DNA of 63,450 nucleotides, filler included, from Licmophora abbreviata (GCA_900291995.1; 17 parts of 17 records of this genome joined end to end with filler, not necessarily neighbours in it), one strand, 5' to 3'. Counted from the first letter of the whole stretch, positions 48,032 to 59,239 are shown. The notes: generated from the sequence alone by a model not told the origin. Numbers and translations are program-made.

Positions 48032-49135
48032 ATTGTTTTGCGAAAAGTTGTCAAAATCGGCAGATGGGTCCAGTACGCCAGTTCCATTCCAACCTTCCGT
48101 AGCATTCATCATGCGAAAGACTGGATTTCCATCGTAGGCGTAGGCGCAAAAGCCAGAAAATGTATCCACCATGTCGTGCAAGACAACCGGAATCTGAGCC
48201 CAATCGCGTACACCGTGTTGTCCTAGTCCGTTGTCTCTATTGAATAAAAGTTTGGAACAGCCCATTTCAGAAAAGACAAGAGGAATCGATGCATTGTGCA
48301 GTGCCTTCCAAAGAGCATAGTAGCCACTGACGGATTTCCGGTCTTCATTATAATGGAAGGTCTGCAACGACGAGCACCAGGACTCGACATTGATACCAAA
48401 AATGTCAATCGTTGAAGACACATCAGTATCATCCTCGCACGACAGATAGTCGAGAGTCATTTTCATGGCATCTTGGGGTAGGACATCCGCCTTCATGGAA
48501 TCATGTTGTGCTGCATACAATATCGGTAAGGGACGAGGATGAACCAATGATGATTTCTTCATGTGTAGTTTCAAATCACGGGCGTAGGCACGAATGCACG
48601 GTGCCGCCAACCAGGAATCCAAGGAATTCATGACTTCATTCCCAATGACACCTGCAAGGACATTCGGATACTGCACAAAAGTATCCACACAGTGCTTGCC
48701 GTACTCATAGAGAGACGGTGGGTAGCAGTGTGGTGCTTCCTTGGTTCGATCCAAGACTCCACTCCCTACAGGTGCAGTAAGTGGGACAACCACGTATACG
48801 CCCAGCTCCGCGGCTCGATTCAGAAAGTCAGAGTAGTCTTCCTGCACACAGTCCATTGTATAGATCCGAATCATGTTGATGTCGGTTTCAGTTGCGAGCT
48901 GTTCCAAGACAGCAATCCAACCCGTGGCGTCATAGCCGGTATCGTGTTCTTTTGTAACGGGAGCCGTCGGAAAGGCGATTCCTTGCATAAGGAAGCGACT
49001 GCTGTCACTATCTCGAACGAGATAGCGCCCTTCCACTCGTATAAGATCATCTGGACCAATACGGAGATAAGTAGAGTGGGATGAGTTGGTAGCTCCTCTA
49101 GTGCTGATCGTCGCTTTCGTAGTGTTTTCGCTCAT
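48032..49135 (-). CDS. GH72 beta-1,3-glucanosyltransferase (Gas/Gel/Phr-like), 3' truncated
   Basis: RFLMQGIAF, INMIRIY, GVYVVVPL, YPNVLAGVIGNEV, ARDLK, DYLSC, IDIFGINVESWC and IPLVFSEMGC. Both catalytic Glu positions are present. Confidence 0.85.
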
Positions 49136-49400
49136 GGTCGCGTGGTCGTCGCATGGAATCTTTGTATCATATCATTAAATATCTTTGACAATATCTTNNN
49201 NNNNNNNNNNNNNNNNNNNNNNNNNNNNNNNNNNNNNNNNNTTAATTAATTAANNNNNNNNNNNNNNNNNNNNNNNNNNNNNNNNNNNNNNNNNNNNAAT
49301 CTTCGTAAAATATGTTTGACAATATCTTTCAGTCACACAAGCGCGCACCTCCCGGATCTGGGCGCGCGAGAACCCCACGAACGACCGGACTCTCACGAAA

Positions 49401-50339
49401 ATGGCGCTTTCGGTAAGTCACAAAGTCACCACCATCACCATCATGAAAGACAATGTCGCCAGCAAAACAGCCCTAGTGGTTGCTCTGGCCTTGATCATTC
49501 TCGCAGGTGACGACTGCGGTCGACGGAAGTGTCCTCCGAACAATGCCGTGGAGCTACAGAAACGTGTCTTGCGAGGCGCCTTTCCCAGAACATTCTCTCT
49601 GATTCCCTTTTGGGTCCTCTGCAATCCCATATTCACCAAACTGGTGCGACTCTTTCTCAATACTGTCGTTCACAATGACATATTGGAAGGAATCGGCATT
49701 CGCAAGACATTCATGGAAGAGCAAGTGCGATCCAAGCTCAGCAGCAACAGCAACAGGTGTTGTCGACAAGTACTTGTGTTGGCGGCTGGGTACGACACCT
49801 TGGCACTTCGACTGGCCCCAGACTATCCGGACGTTCAATTTTGGGAAGTTGATCATCCAGGAACAGCTCAGCGAAAGCAAGAAGCCATGGCGACGTTCGA
49901 CACTACTAGTGTGAAAGACAATTTCCACATGACTGCTGCAGACTTGACACACACAACGCTGGACCAGGTACTATCGTCGTGTCATCCAGAATATGATACA
50001 ACAGCACCGACAATTGTTATTATGGAAGGTTTGCTGATGTACCTGACGGAAGAGCAAGTGCGAACGCTATTTGAGGACGTGGCTCTAGTTGTGGGAAGCG
50101 AGCATTCGACGGTCTGCTTTGACTACTTTGGATGGAACGAGTCTGAAAATCTGGCCGAAGTGGGATGGCTTGCAGCCTTTCTGCACCGTCGCGTCGAGCG
50201 TGTAGGAGAGGCGTGGAAATGGGGCATCTCACCGGAGCGGCTGTCCGCGTTCTTTCATGAATCGTCGTGGCAGGTGTCCATTTGTTTGGCACAAAAGTTT
50301 GGTTTGGAGCAACTGGCGACTGTCGAACGACGCCGATAG
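49401..50339 (+). CDS. SAM-dependent methyltransferase of the LCM / mycobacterial TIGR00027-like family
   Basis: SKTALVVA, IRKTFME, QVLVLAAGYDT, WEVDHP, ADL and MEGLLMYL. Confidence 0.85.
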   Translation: MALSVSHKVTTITIMKDNVASKTALVVALALIILAGDDCGRRKCPPNNAVELQKRVLRGAFPRTFSLIPFWVLCNPIFTKLVRLFLNTVVHNDILEGIGIRKTFMEEQVRSKLSSNSNRCCRQVLVLAAGYDTLALRLAPDYPDVQFWEVDHPGTAQRKQEAMATFDTTSVKDNFHMTAADLTHTTLDQVLSSCHPEYDTTAPTIVIMEGLLMYLTEEQVRTLFEDVALVVGSEHSTVCFDYFGWNESENLAEVGWLAAFLHRRVERVGEAWKWGISPERLSAFFHESSWQVSICLAQKFGLEQLATVERRR

Positions 50340-50425
50340 GGTTCGATGCCATGGAATTAAAGCTGTCGAGATACTATATTGAAGAAGAGCATATCATCTT
50401 CCTACGCAAAGAAGCTCTCTGACTG

Positions 50426-50944
50426 TTACGTGTCGGCATCGGACGGGGGTGGCACGTGAAAGTATCGTTCGCCGTCATACGTCTCGAGTCTCACATTAGC
50501 AATCAAGTCATGTTCTTTGAAGGCACCCTGTACCCGTTTCATACCATCCAACACATACTCGCGTGTCCGTTCATCCGTTCCTGTACGAGAAAGAGGGACC
50601 TGAGTGAGAGGCTTCAATTCAATTTGCGGCTGCCTGTCTTGACAAACCTAAACGAAACTTCCTTACCTTTGGCCCTTATATCCACTACATAATGATGGTG
50701 AAAGACGTCACAATAATCGCCCGTGTGAGTTCAATTTTACGAGTCAATTCAAACCTTCCCATGGCCTCGTCTCACCATAGCAATCTTCTTGGAAGCTTTC
50801 ATCCGTCCAGTCTTCCACACGCTGCAACATGAGTTTCGTCGTGTTGGGCTTGGTACCCCATATGCCACAGAGCTTCGATTGAAGGGATGTCAGAGGAATG
50901 GGTTTCATCATGGAAGCACGGGCAAAGATCTTGACCAATGGCAT
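50426..50944 (-). CDS. 113-aa tautomerase/MIF-superfamily-like protein; exons 50944-50776, 50684-50667, 50580-50426
   Basis: Canonical GT/AG splicing gives MPLVKIFARASMMKPIPLTSLQSKLCGIWGTKPNTTKLMLQRVEDWTDESFQEDCYVDIRAKGTDERTREYVLDGMKRVQGAFKEHDLIANVRLETYDGERYFHVPPPSDADT. Confidence 0.7.
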
Positions 50945-51382
50945 GGTGCATAGGGAAGTGGGGAGGTCCTGATGAGATGATGAGGAAGTCAAGCAGCAAC
51001 AAAGGGACCGGCGACTGATGTGTCATCTAGTCACATGACACATCTCTGATCGCCGGTCGCGCGATCATCATCATCAGCGCGCTTGTTCGCGGGCACGTGC
51101 TCTTCCAAAAAGAATTTATACTGAAAAAGCTCGTCGTTTCGTTTACAAGTATGGGAGCCCTCTGCTAGGCAATCTGATTTGACTGCACTCTACCTACCTA
51201 CTCAAGAGCAGCATAGTAACCATACATCGACTCAAGCAACCTTGACTATACCATAAGATATGAATATGCAATGATCTTGTCCTGCAGTGACTCACCGGCG
51301 GTTCGCCTGCTGCTGGTGGCTGATGGCATCGACTCGCTCCTCGCTCAGCCTCATCTTGTTCGACGGTCGACATGAAGCTCCA

Positions 51383-51946
51383 TCACGACTTTGCTTTCTT
51401 TCTCCCATACCATTGGTTCGTCTGTTGACAATATCTCTGGTACACCAACGGAAACTGTTGATGCAGAAAGTCTTCTTCCGGCTTGATCATGACATACTGG
51501 AACGCAGCCATGCCAAGTGGCCACGTGACGAGTATCCAGGTATTATTGAGGAAGAGCGCTGTGGATGGTGTTAAGAAAAGCACACATGCTAGATACGTGG
51601 GATGGCGTGAATACTCAAATGGCCCCGTCGTCACCAAGCGGGTCGTGGGACGACCCGGCTCGTGTGGTTGTTTGTAGGTGGCGAGCTCCGCATGTGTTGC
51701 GCGAATCAACAAGACACCCAAAACGAACAAGAGTGTGGCGACGCCGAGTCGGAGGACAGAGTTCACCGAGTCCTCTGTGATCCGTGGCAATGGAAACATC
51801 TGCCGCCTTTGAAGCCAGATACAGGTTGCTAGTTGGGCAATCCCGAGAAACTCGCTTGTTTTGTGAACAGCTCGTCTGGCGTGAGCGCAACCAACAGGAT
51901 GACGAGCGGTAGATACGATCTTCGAAGTTGCCCTGGCAGTACTCAT
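51383..51946 (-). CDS. Isoprenylcysteine carboxyl methyltransferase / phospholipid methyltransferase (Ste14/PEMT-like) membrane protein
   Basis: LVTTGPFEYSRHPTYL...PEEDFL...YQRYCQQT with TM helices. Confidence 0.8.
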   Translation of the reverse strand: MSTARATSKIVSTARHPVGCAHARRAVHKTSEFLGIAQLATCIWLQRRQMFPLPRITEDSVNSVLRLGVATLLFVLGVLLIRATHAELATYKQPHEPGRPTTRLVTTGPFEYSRHPTYLACVLFLTPSTALFLNNTWILVTWPLGMAAFQYVMIKPEEDFLHQQFPLVYQRYCQQTNQWYGRKKAKS

Positions 51947-52381
51947 GATGGGATAGACTCTTCGCCAGAGCATACGTAGAGTATGCGTGAAGCAAGGTCT
52001 CGCAGCGCCTGGACGAATCGCATCTCATGGTGATCTCATGGTTTCGTAGTTGCGAGCGAGTTCGCGTTCGCATGATGTTCATTATCGTCATTGGAGGGAG
52101 TGTTCGCGAGAAACGTCATCATCATGTCGCCCGAAACATGACGCGCTTTTCCCACCTTGCTTCTGTCATGACAGTTTCAAGTTGATCCAAATGCCCGCAA
52201 GACCAAAATTGACTATGCCCTTCTGTGATGAGGCAAATGACCAATGTCTTTCGTGTATAAATACTCTGTTTATGCATATACAGCGGCAAATCATACTTTT
52301 ATTCTTTTGGGCCTAACTGATATAACTTGGCACTCATTTTTTCGACTTGCCAAGCACTATTTTCGACTTGCAACTTGCGAG

Positions 52382-55300
52382 ATGACGATTCTCCTGCCGG
52401 TCGTCGCGATTCTCTTCCTTGGAGAGCTTGTTTGTGGCCACAACCACCACCATACGCGCCCATTTCTCCGACAACATGATTCTCGAGACCTCAAGGAGAA
52501 AAAGAAGGGGATTTTGTCGCTAGTCTACGAGCAGGATGACGCTGCCGAAGCGTCCAATAGCGCGACTATCTGTGGAGCGAAGGATCAATCGATAGTAGAA
52601 ATGGAGAAGCAATATGCCAATCTGAAGCTATACCGCAAGAAGCAAAAGGGATCTGGAAGGAGAAATGTTCTCGACTGCAATGGGTGCATTGAGATTCCGG
52701 TTCACTTCCATATTATCACCGGTATTGGAGTGAACGCCATCGAATATGGCAGTGTGACCGACCAACGGGTCAGTGCTCAGATAGAAGTTCTCAACGATGG
52801 GTTTGAAGGTACCCCATTCAGCTTCGTTCTTGTCAACACCACGCGAACGCAAGATGCCAGCCTCTTTTTCCTCGAAGACTCCTTTGGCAACGACTATGCC
52901 ACGATGCAGAGTGCGTTGGGTGGTCAACTACGAGCGGGAGATCGGATGACGTTAAACGTCTTCAGTGCTGGACTTCTTTCTGCCACACTGGGCATTTCCA
53001 GCTTTCCTTCCGGAAATGACGGCAGTCGAGATGGAGTTTATATCGACCACTGTACCATCCCGGGCGGAAATTGCCGGCCTTTCAACTCGGGAGGCATTCT
53101 CATTCACGAAGTCGGCCACTGGCTAGGTCTATTTCATGTGTTTCAGGGTGGTGTAAGTACATTTCCCGTGCTGTACTTGAGGGCGCAAGCCGAGTGTGCG
53201 CTGGAGTGCTCATTGGTTTCTTTCTGTCTCTTCGTCCCGTGGTAGTGCAACGCCGAGCACGGCGACTATGTCATTGACACAGCTCCTCAAGGATACGCCT
53301 TTGTCTCCTGCGGGGACCAAAATACATGTCCACTCTCAACCGACCCTGATCCATACGACAATTACATGGGATACGCGATGGAGTGCCTCGAGACTTTCAC
53401 CCCAGGACAGATTGAGCGTATGCACGACGAATGGATGGTCTATCGAAACGGCACCCAGCCGTGTGCCGAAGACGAAGGCGTCCTTTCAGTCGAGCTCAAA
53501 CTCGATGACAATCCCGAGCAAAACCAGTGGATGCTTGCTCGTGCCAATGGTCAAGTGATGAGCCTTTCGGTGTTTGGAGCGTACGAAGAGAATCGTGTCA
53601 TGAGCTCGGAAATATGCGTCCCTTACGACACTGCTCTTTTCTTTTCCATTGAAGACTCTGTCAGTGACGGTCTTACGTCGACTGCAGATTCTTTCTTTCG
53701 TCTCCGCGTGGATGGCAAGCTCATCAAAGATGATCGAACCTTTGGTCGTCGAGGCGCAGCCGCATTTACAATGACGAACGACGACGGTTGTCCTATGGAG
53801 CAAGGCTTGACCCAGATTATGCTTCTCCTTGACGACAACCCAGCCGAAATATCATGGAAGATTGTCACTGACGACAACCAGCTTGTGTACGAAGAAGCCG
53901 AGTACAGCATATTCAACGACGCAAGTTACTACAAGCAGGCATCAGTCGTCAGGGAAATGTGTCTCCCAGTTGGCAGCTATCAACTGATAATTGACTATGC
54001 GGACAATTGGCTTCAAAACACCACCCAGGACGAGGAACCATTCTATCGAGTGTCTGTCAACAATGACGATGGCGAAGATAATCTCTTCAGGTCTGGGGCT
54101 TCGAGGATTTGGTCATTTGATGTCACAGCAACGTCGGTTCCCTCTTCTTCGCCGACTCTTGTGGTGTCAGTGGAGCCATCCATCACGCCTAGCGATGGTC
54201 CCAGCAGCTCACCTTCAGTACACAGATCCTCCGTACCAACAATCGTACTATCCACGGCCCCGTCTTTCGAAACAAGTAGCTCTCCTACAGTTGACAAGTC
54301 GGCGTCACCATCAGTGATGGATTCACGGTCGCCAACACTGTCTCCGTCAAACTGGCCAACTAGAACACCAAGTTTCAGTCCGTCAGCTGGTCCCACCGAC
54401 AGACAAACCCTTTCTCCAACATCCATGTCTTCTTTAGCACCGAGCACAACGGAATCTGACACTCCGACGCTTGAACCGAGCATCGCACCGACGGCAACGC
54501 CTACATCTCAGCCAAGTCTGGAGCCGACGCCAGACCCGACACAAGAACCTACACCAGTATCCAGTACAGCGCCAACGCATAGTTTGACATCATCAGTGCC
54601 TTCGAGCTCGCCTTCCGTCGAGCCTTCAACGACCCCGAGTGCCACTCCTAGCTTGATGATATCGTCTGCACCTAGTCCGAGCTCAAGTGAGTCGCCGACC
54701 TACTCAATGTCATCAAGTCCAACGTCTGAGCCTACTCGTGAACCGAGCATCGCACCGACGGCAACGCCTACATCCCAGCCAAGTCTGGAGCCAACGTCAG
54801 ACCCGACACAAAAACCTACACAAGAACCTACACCGGTACCAACGCCAGGGCCTACATCTCAACCAACGCTCTTGCCCACCCCAGAAACAACCCATGATCC
54901 GACATCTCATCCACAGGAGCCAACTTCCGCTTCGTCCGCAACTCCTACGTCGGTCCCAGACCAAGGTCTCAGAAATGATGACCTTGAGACAAATATTCCC
55001 CATGCTTTTATCAACGAGGTAAGGATGATCCATCGGTGAATCTTCCCTCTCCATTTTCAACCGATATGCTAACAACTCATCTCTCCATCTTTTCAGGTCC
55101 ATTACGACAACATCGGAAATGACGTTGGAGAATTTGTTGAAATCGCTGGCCTAGCGGGTACGGACCTCACTGGCTGGACAGTGTCTTTTTATAGTTTTTT
55201 GTCGGATCTGGGTGACTACGGAGTCCATCGAAGTATCAATCTGGGTGACGCAACCAATCCAATAATCCCAGACCAAGAGAATGGATTTGGGACCATTTCA

Positions 55301-55600
55301 TACCCTGCCGACATATCGAATGCGAAGGACGGTCATGCCGCCGGCATCTGTCTTTTCGACGGGTCTTCTGTAATCCAGTTCATTTCCTATGAAGGAACTT
55401 TGACTGCGTCAGAAGGTAGCTGCGAGGGTCTCACGTCAGTTGACATTGGTGTAAAGGAAACTATTTTTACGTGGATTGGGGTTTCGCTGCAACTGACGGG
55501 CTCAGGGTCCGTCTATGATGACTTCGAGTGGGTGGGACCCACGAGAGATAGTCCCGGTGCTGTCAACTCCGGCCAAGATTTCGTCGCACTTGTCGCTGCA
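52382..55600 (+). CDS. Secreted M43 (pappalysin/ulilysin-type) metalloprotease with Pro/Thr/Ser stalk and C-terminal lamin-tail-like domain; introns 53153-53245 and 55019-55096; 3' truncated
   Basis: Signal peptide, Cys-switch-like ICG, IPVHFHII, HEVGHWLGLFH, Met-turn DNYMGY, PTxxPS repeats and FINEVHYDNIGNDVGEFVEIAG. Confidence 0.88.
54473..54811 (+). repeat. ~72-bp direct repeat in the mucin-like stalk (EPSIAPTATPTSQPSLEPTxDPTQ x2)
   Basis: gaaccgagcatcgcaccgacggcaacgcctacatcYcagccaagtctggagcc at ~54473 and ~54740. Confidence 0.9.
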
Positions 55601-55972
55601 NNNNNNNNNNNNNNNNNNNNNNNNNNNNNNNNNNNNNNNNNNNNTTAATTAATTAANNNNNNNNNNNNNNNNNNNNNNNNNNNNNNNNNNNNNNNNNNNN
55701 TCCTAGTACTGGAGAGGGGCCACTTTCTGTATATAAATACTTTAAAAATTAATATTGCATAACCTCGAGACCTCGACCCCTTGCACCTTTGCTGTGAGCT
55801 GCCAAAATTAGGCCTTACAACAGAACTATAGTTGTCTCTGACCCTAACCCAGGCGCCCATTGGTGAGGCAATCTCTTTCATCTTTTCATTTCTACGTCGT
55901 ATTGCACATATGATCCGGCAAGGGGTATAGTAGATCGCATATTATCAAGAGGATCAATGGCTTAGATTGAAT

Positions 55973-57337
55973 TTACCGACGAGCGACATCCTCCGCTTCC
56001 AATTCTCGGAGCGTTCCGACAAAATCGACACTACCAACGTCCGGAAACGTCAATGCCGGCGACGGCGTTTCAAAGACCGAGTCAAGGTATTGTTGAATGA
56101 CTGGGATCTGGTAGACAGGCTCAAACAACAGATCGTTTGAGGGAATACTAATGATCGGAAGGCCGGTTGTCGCTTCTTCAAATACAAACACGGCAAAGGC
56201 CAACATGGCGACGCGGCCATTGAAGAGCTCTCGTTCTTGCATGTTGCGTCTCATCCTGCTCGGTGCACCTTGCAGGACACGCAGTGGATCCCAGAAGCAG
56301 TCTCCTGGCAAATAGGCATCCCCGAGTTCCTCGGCATCCTTGATCGCCGTGCTGTAAATATCCAAATAACCCAGCAACAAGAAGACTGCCGTCAAGAAAA
56401 GAGGAATGTACGGAAGTGTAGTGTGACCAAACAGCAGGGGTCCAAATTGGGAATCGTCCAGCAAGAATCGATCCAGCATTTCCTGCAGAGGCCAAAAGAA
56501 GGCGGCCAACATTGCCAGCCGTCCATGACGGATCTCTGCCTCTCGGTAGTCTCGGAGTATGAGCGCCTTGGGGCGTTCCGAGGAGTCCCCGGTAAATGTC
56601 GTATTGGCAAGCGTTTGAAACATGACTTCCTCTGGATTCCGTTCCGGCAATGAATTGAAAAACGCCCGTTGTATCCGTCCAATGTAATCTTCGGTAGATA
56701 GATTCCAGGGATCAAAGCCAAAGTCTCCCGGCAAGCACTCACTCCCTACACCGGCTTCTGCCGGCACGACTCCTTGCAACAAGGCACGTTCCAAGGTCGC
56801 TGCCGACTTCTCATTGACTGCATATCTATTTTTGTTTTGCTTCGTCAAGAAGACTTCCATCTCGGCAAGTTCTTCCGGATCGGCGTCTTCGGGGAGCAGA
56901 GTGTCAAAGAGGTCCATCCACGTATTGTCGTCATCGTTGTCTTGTTGTTCCTCTGATGATGCGCCACTGATGTTGTCTCTAAATAGGTCCTCCCTTTCCA
57001 ATTCTTCTACAAGTTCCTCCAAGGATTCGAGTCTCTTCAATTCTCTCTTGAGAAAGAGTTCTTCGTCGTCGTCATCGTCGTTCTCATGGCCGGATGGTGG
57101 CGTAGCTTGTAGTAGAGTAGGAAAATTGTGATGATGGACACCACCATTACGCTTGCGGCAGGATTTCGAGTGCCTTTTACACGCACTGAAGGTACTACTT
57201 CTACTAGTAGAAAGAGCGAAAGCTGATAGTGATGATGTCGTCCGGGGACTGCAATGATGATGCTGACCGCATAATAAGGACGATGATGACGCTACTGTCG
57301 AGGGAACAAGTAGGCCAAAGGCTACGGGAGGAGTCAT
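55973..57337 (-). CDS. Atypical long light-harvesting complex (LHC/FCP-family) protein
   Basis: LPGDFGFDP, REAEIRHGRLAMLA (helix 1), LPGD.FWDPL and ERELFNGRVAMLA (helix 3). Plastid-type presequence. Confidence 0.88.
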   Translation of the reverse strand: MTPPVAFGLLVPSTVASSSSLLCGQHHHCSPRTTSSLSAFALSTSRSSTFSACKRHSKSCRKRNGGVHHHNFPTLLQATPPSGHENDDDDDEELFLKRELKRLESLEELVEELEREDLFRDNISGASSEEQQDNDDDNTWMDLFDTLLPEDADPEELAEMEVFLTKQNKNRYAVNEKSAATLERALLQGVVPAEAGVGSECLPGDFGFDPWNLSTEDYIGRIQRAFFNSLPERNPEEVMFQTLANTTFTGDSSERPKALILRDYREAEIRHGRLAMLAAFFWPLQEMLDRFLLDDSQFGPLLFGHTTLPYIPLFLTAVFLLLGYLDIYSTAIKDAEELGDAYLPGDCFWDPLRVLQGAPSRMRRNMQERELFNGRVAMLAFAVFVFEEATTGLPIISIPSNDLLFEPVYQIPVIQQYLDSVFETPSPALTFPDVGSVDFVGTLRELEAEDVARR

Positions 57338-57718
57338 GCTACTACTGGAGAGAACGAGTCCACAGCTCTTGAAACTGCAGGTTACAATCTAGAGAGCAAG
57401 GTACGTCCAAAACGAGTGTCTCCTGCGTTGCCTCGATGAGGAAGTGACGATGAAAATGATCACACACCATGGCGAAGAACAACATCATACACTGCATCGC
57501 AAAAGGGATCTTCTTGCGGGCGCATGTTGAAGTTTGGAGATCGCGGTAGAAACTGTCGACAGACAGACTATTTCCGAGGTTTTGATTTTTGATTTTGAAT
57601 TTTTTTCCCAAGACAAGCGGACGACGACGGCCGACGACGCGATCACAGCCATCATCACAATGATGAATGCCAACACATAAATCACATCCTTCAATCATCC
57701 GTGTAGGCGGACGGATTC

Positions 57719-59239
57719 ATGATGCTGGAGAGAACGTCTGATTCTCCAAGGCGTTTTCGAAGTTTCACATCTCGCCGAATGAAGCGGTTGATGCCAATAT
57801 CAGCAATCCTGTGCTGGATATCCATCATCATCACGTGTACAGCAACAGAAGCAACAACAGCAACAAGGCATTCCAATCGTGATAGAAACGTTAATCAATA
57901 TTTCGGACCCTTCCACCCACAATCGATTCGAAAGTGGGTCAATGCACGCTGCAGTAGTAATGATAGCAGCGATGGCTCGTCGTCGTCCGCCGTCTGGTTC
58001 TACCAGGGGTCGCTCTACGACCCTGTCGATGGGCGTAAGATCGCCAATGTTCAAGGCCTGGAAGTTGTTCGACAATTGGCAGACTATCAAAAGACGGAAG
58101 AGTCGCATCACGAACACAAGCAACAGTACTTGGATCGTTGCGGGGACCTGAAAGCTCCTCGTATGTTGTTGTCGGAACCTCATCTGACGTCGTCCTCCTC
58201 TATCGAGTACGCCACAACACTTCTCTCTCGCAAGCTATTTTGTTACACATTGGATCCATCCTCCTCGGAATCTCAACAACAACAACAACAACAGCGGACT
58301 CCGTCCCATGGTCTACTTCGTTCGATTCGATTACGTCCCAATGCTCCGCTGCGCAAGATCCCCATGGATCAAAGTGTGTCACTCTACGATTCTGCCATTA
58401 CACTGGCCGGTCACAATCGGGGACGGAATCTACTACTGCATACGGAATCACCCAAGGGCAAGTGTCTTTGGGCGACAGCATCTGCGAGTGATGCTTTCAA
58501 TATTAACAATGAAAAGACAACACTGGAGTTTACGGTTCATACGAGACGACGAGCCCAACAAGACGACGTTCCAGACCTTTCCAAAATGGTAACCATTACT
58601 ACCGCTGCTCCTTCTGCTAGTAAGAACAAGGACGCGGATGATGGCGTCATGGTTGTCTCGCCCAAGCGATCGAAACTGGTTCAGTTTGGGGGCAACCCAC
58701 AAGGGTCGGATCTGGGTCGGTACGGAGCGAGAGAAACATACTCGTATACAATGGAAGAAGATCCGTCGTCACGACGAAATCCATCCTTCCTATCAAGACT
58801 GCTACCGGACTTTTGGCGTCGCGATGTTATTAGTACTACGACTGCACCATCCAACCGCGTACGATATACTCGCTACGGCGAGGGGCCACCGTGGTACGGT
58901 CCTGGCAAGTATTGTACACTGGAATTGCAGGGACGTCGTGTGCACAGTGCACTGGAAGCACCGCCTATCCTCTCTCGATTCATTGCCGAACGCCTTCCTG
59001 ACTTTTGGGATGGTCATGTCTTTCACAATCCAGATGACGATGGTGGTAATCACAAGACTGCAGCAACAGCAGTGACGCAATTTCGAAATGGGCCTCTACA
59101 GTGGCAAGCCGACGATAAGACAATCAAAGGGGGGCGGATACAGCAGCTTGCGCATTGGATACAATCCCAGGGATTGGCCCTCTTTCAGACACTTCGGGGG
59201 GCGTCGTCTCTGAGTCCCACAGGACCCAGGTCGTACTAA
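57719..59239 (+). CDS. Hypothetical protein with N-terminal signal/TM segment
   Basis: 506-aa intronless ORF with a hydrophobic segment and motif-like blocks WFYQGSLYDP...VQGLE, GARETY and YTRYGEGPPWYGPG..CTLEL. Family not recognised. Confidence 0.65.
   Translation: MMLERTSDSPRRFRSFTSRRMKRLMPISAILCWISIIITCTATEATTATRHSNRDRNVNQYFGPFHPQSIRKWVNARCSSNDSSDGSSSSAVWFYQGSLYDPVDGRKIANVQGLEVVRQLADYQKTEESHHEHKQQYLDRCGDLKAPRMLLSEPHLTSSSSIEYATTLLSRKLFCYTLDPSSSESQQQQQQQRTPSHGLLRSIRLRPNAPLRKIPMDQSVSLYDSAITLAGHNRGRNLLLHTESPKGKCLWATASASDAFNINNEKTTLEFTVHTRRRAQQDDVPDLSKMVTITTAAPSASKNKDADDGVMVVSPKRSKLVQFGGNPQGSDLGRYGARETYSYTMEEDPSSRRNPSFLSRLLPDFWRRDVISTTTAPSNRVRYTRYGEGPPWYGPGKYCTLELQGRRVHSALEAPPILSRFIAERLPDFWDGHVFHNPDDDGGNHKTAATAVTQFRNGPLQWQADDKTIKGGRIQQLAHWIQSQGLALFQTLRGASSLSPTGPRSY

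Noticed and set aside
55840..55852. Telomere-like ACCCTAACCC
   Set aside because: Fewer than two units and not an array.
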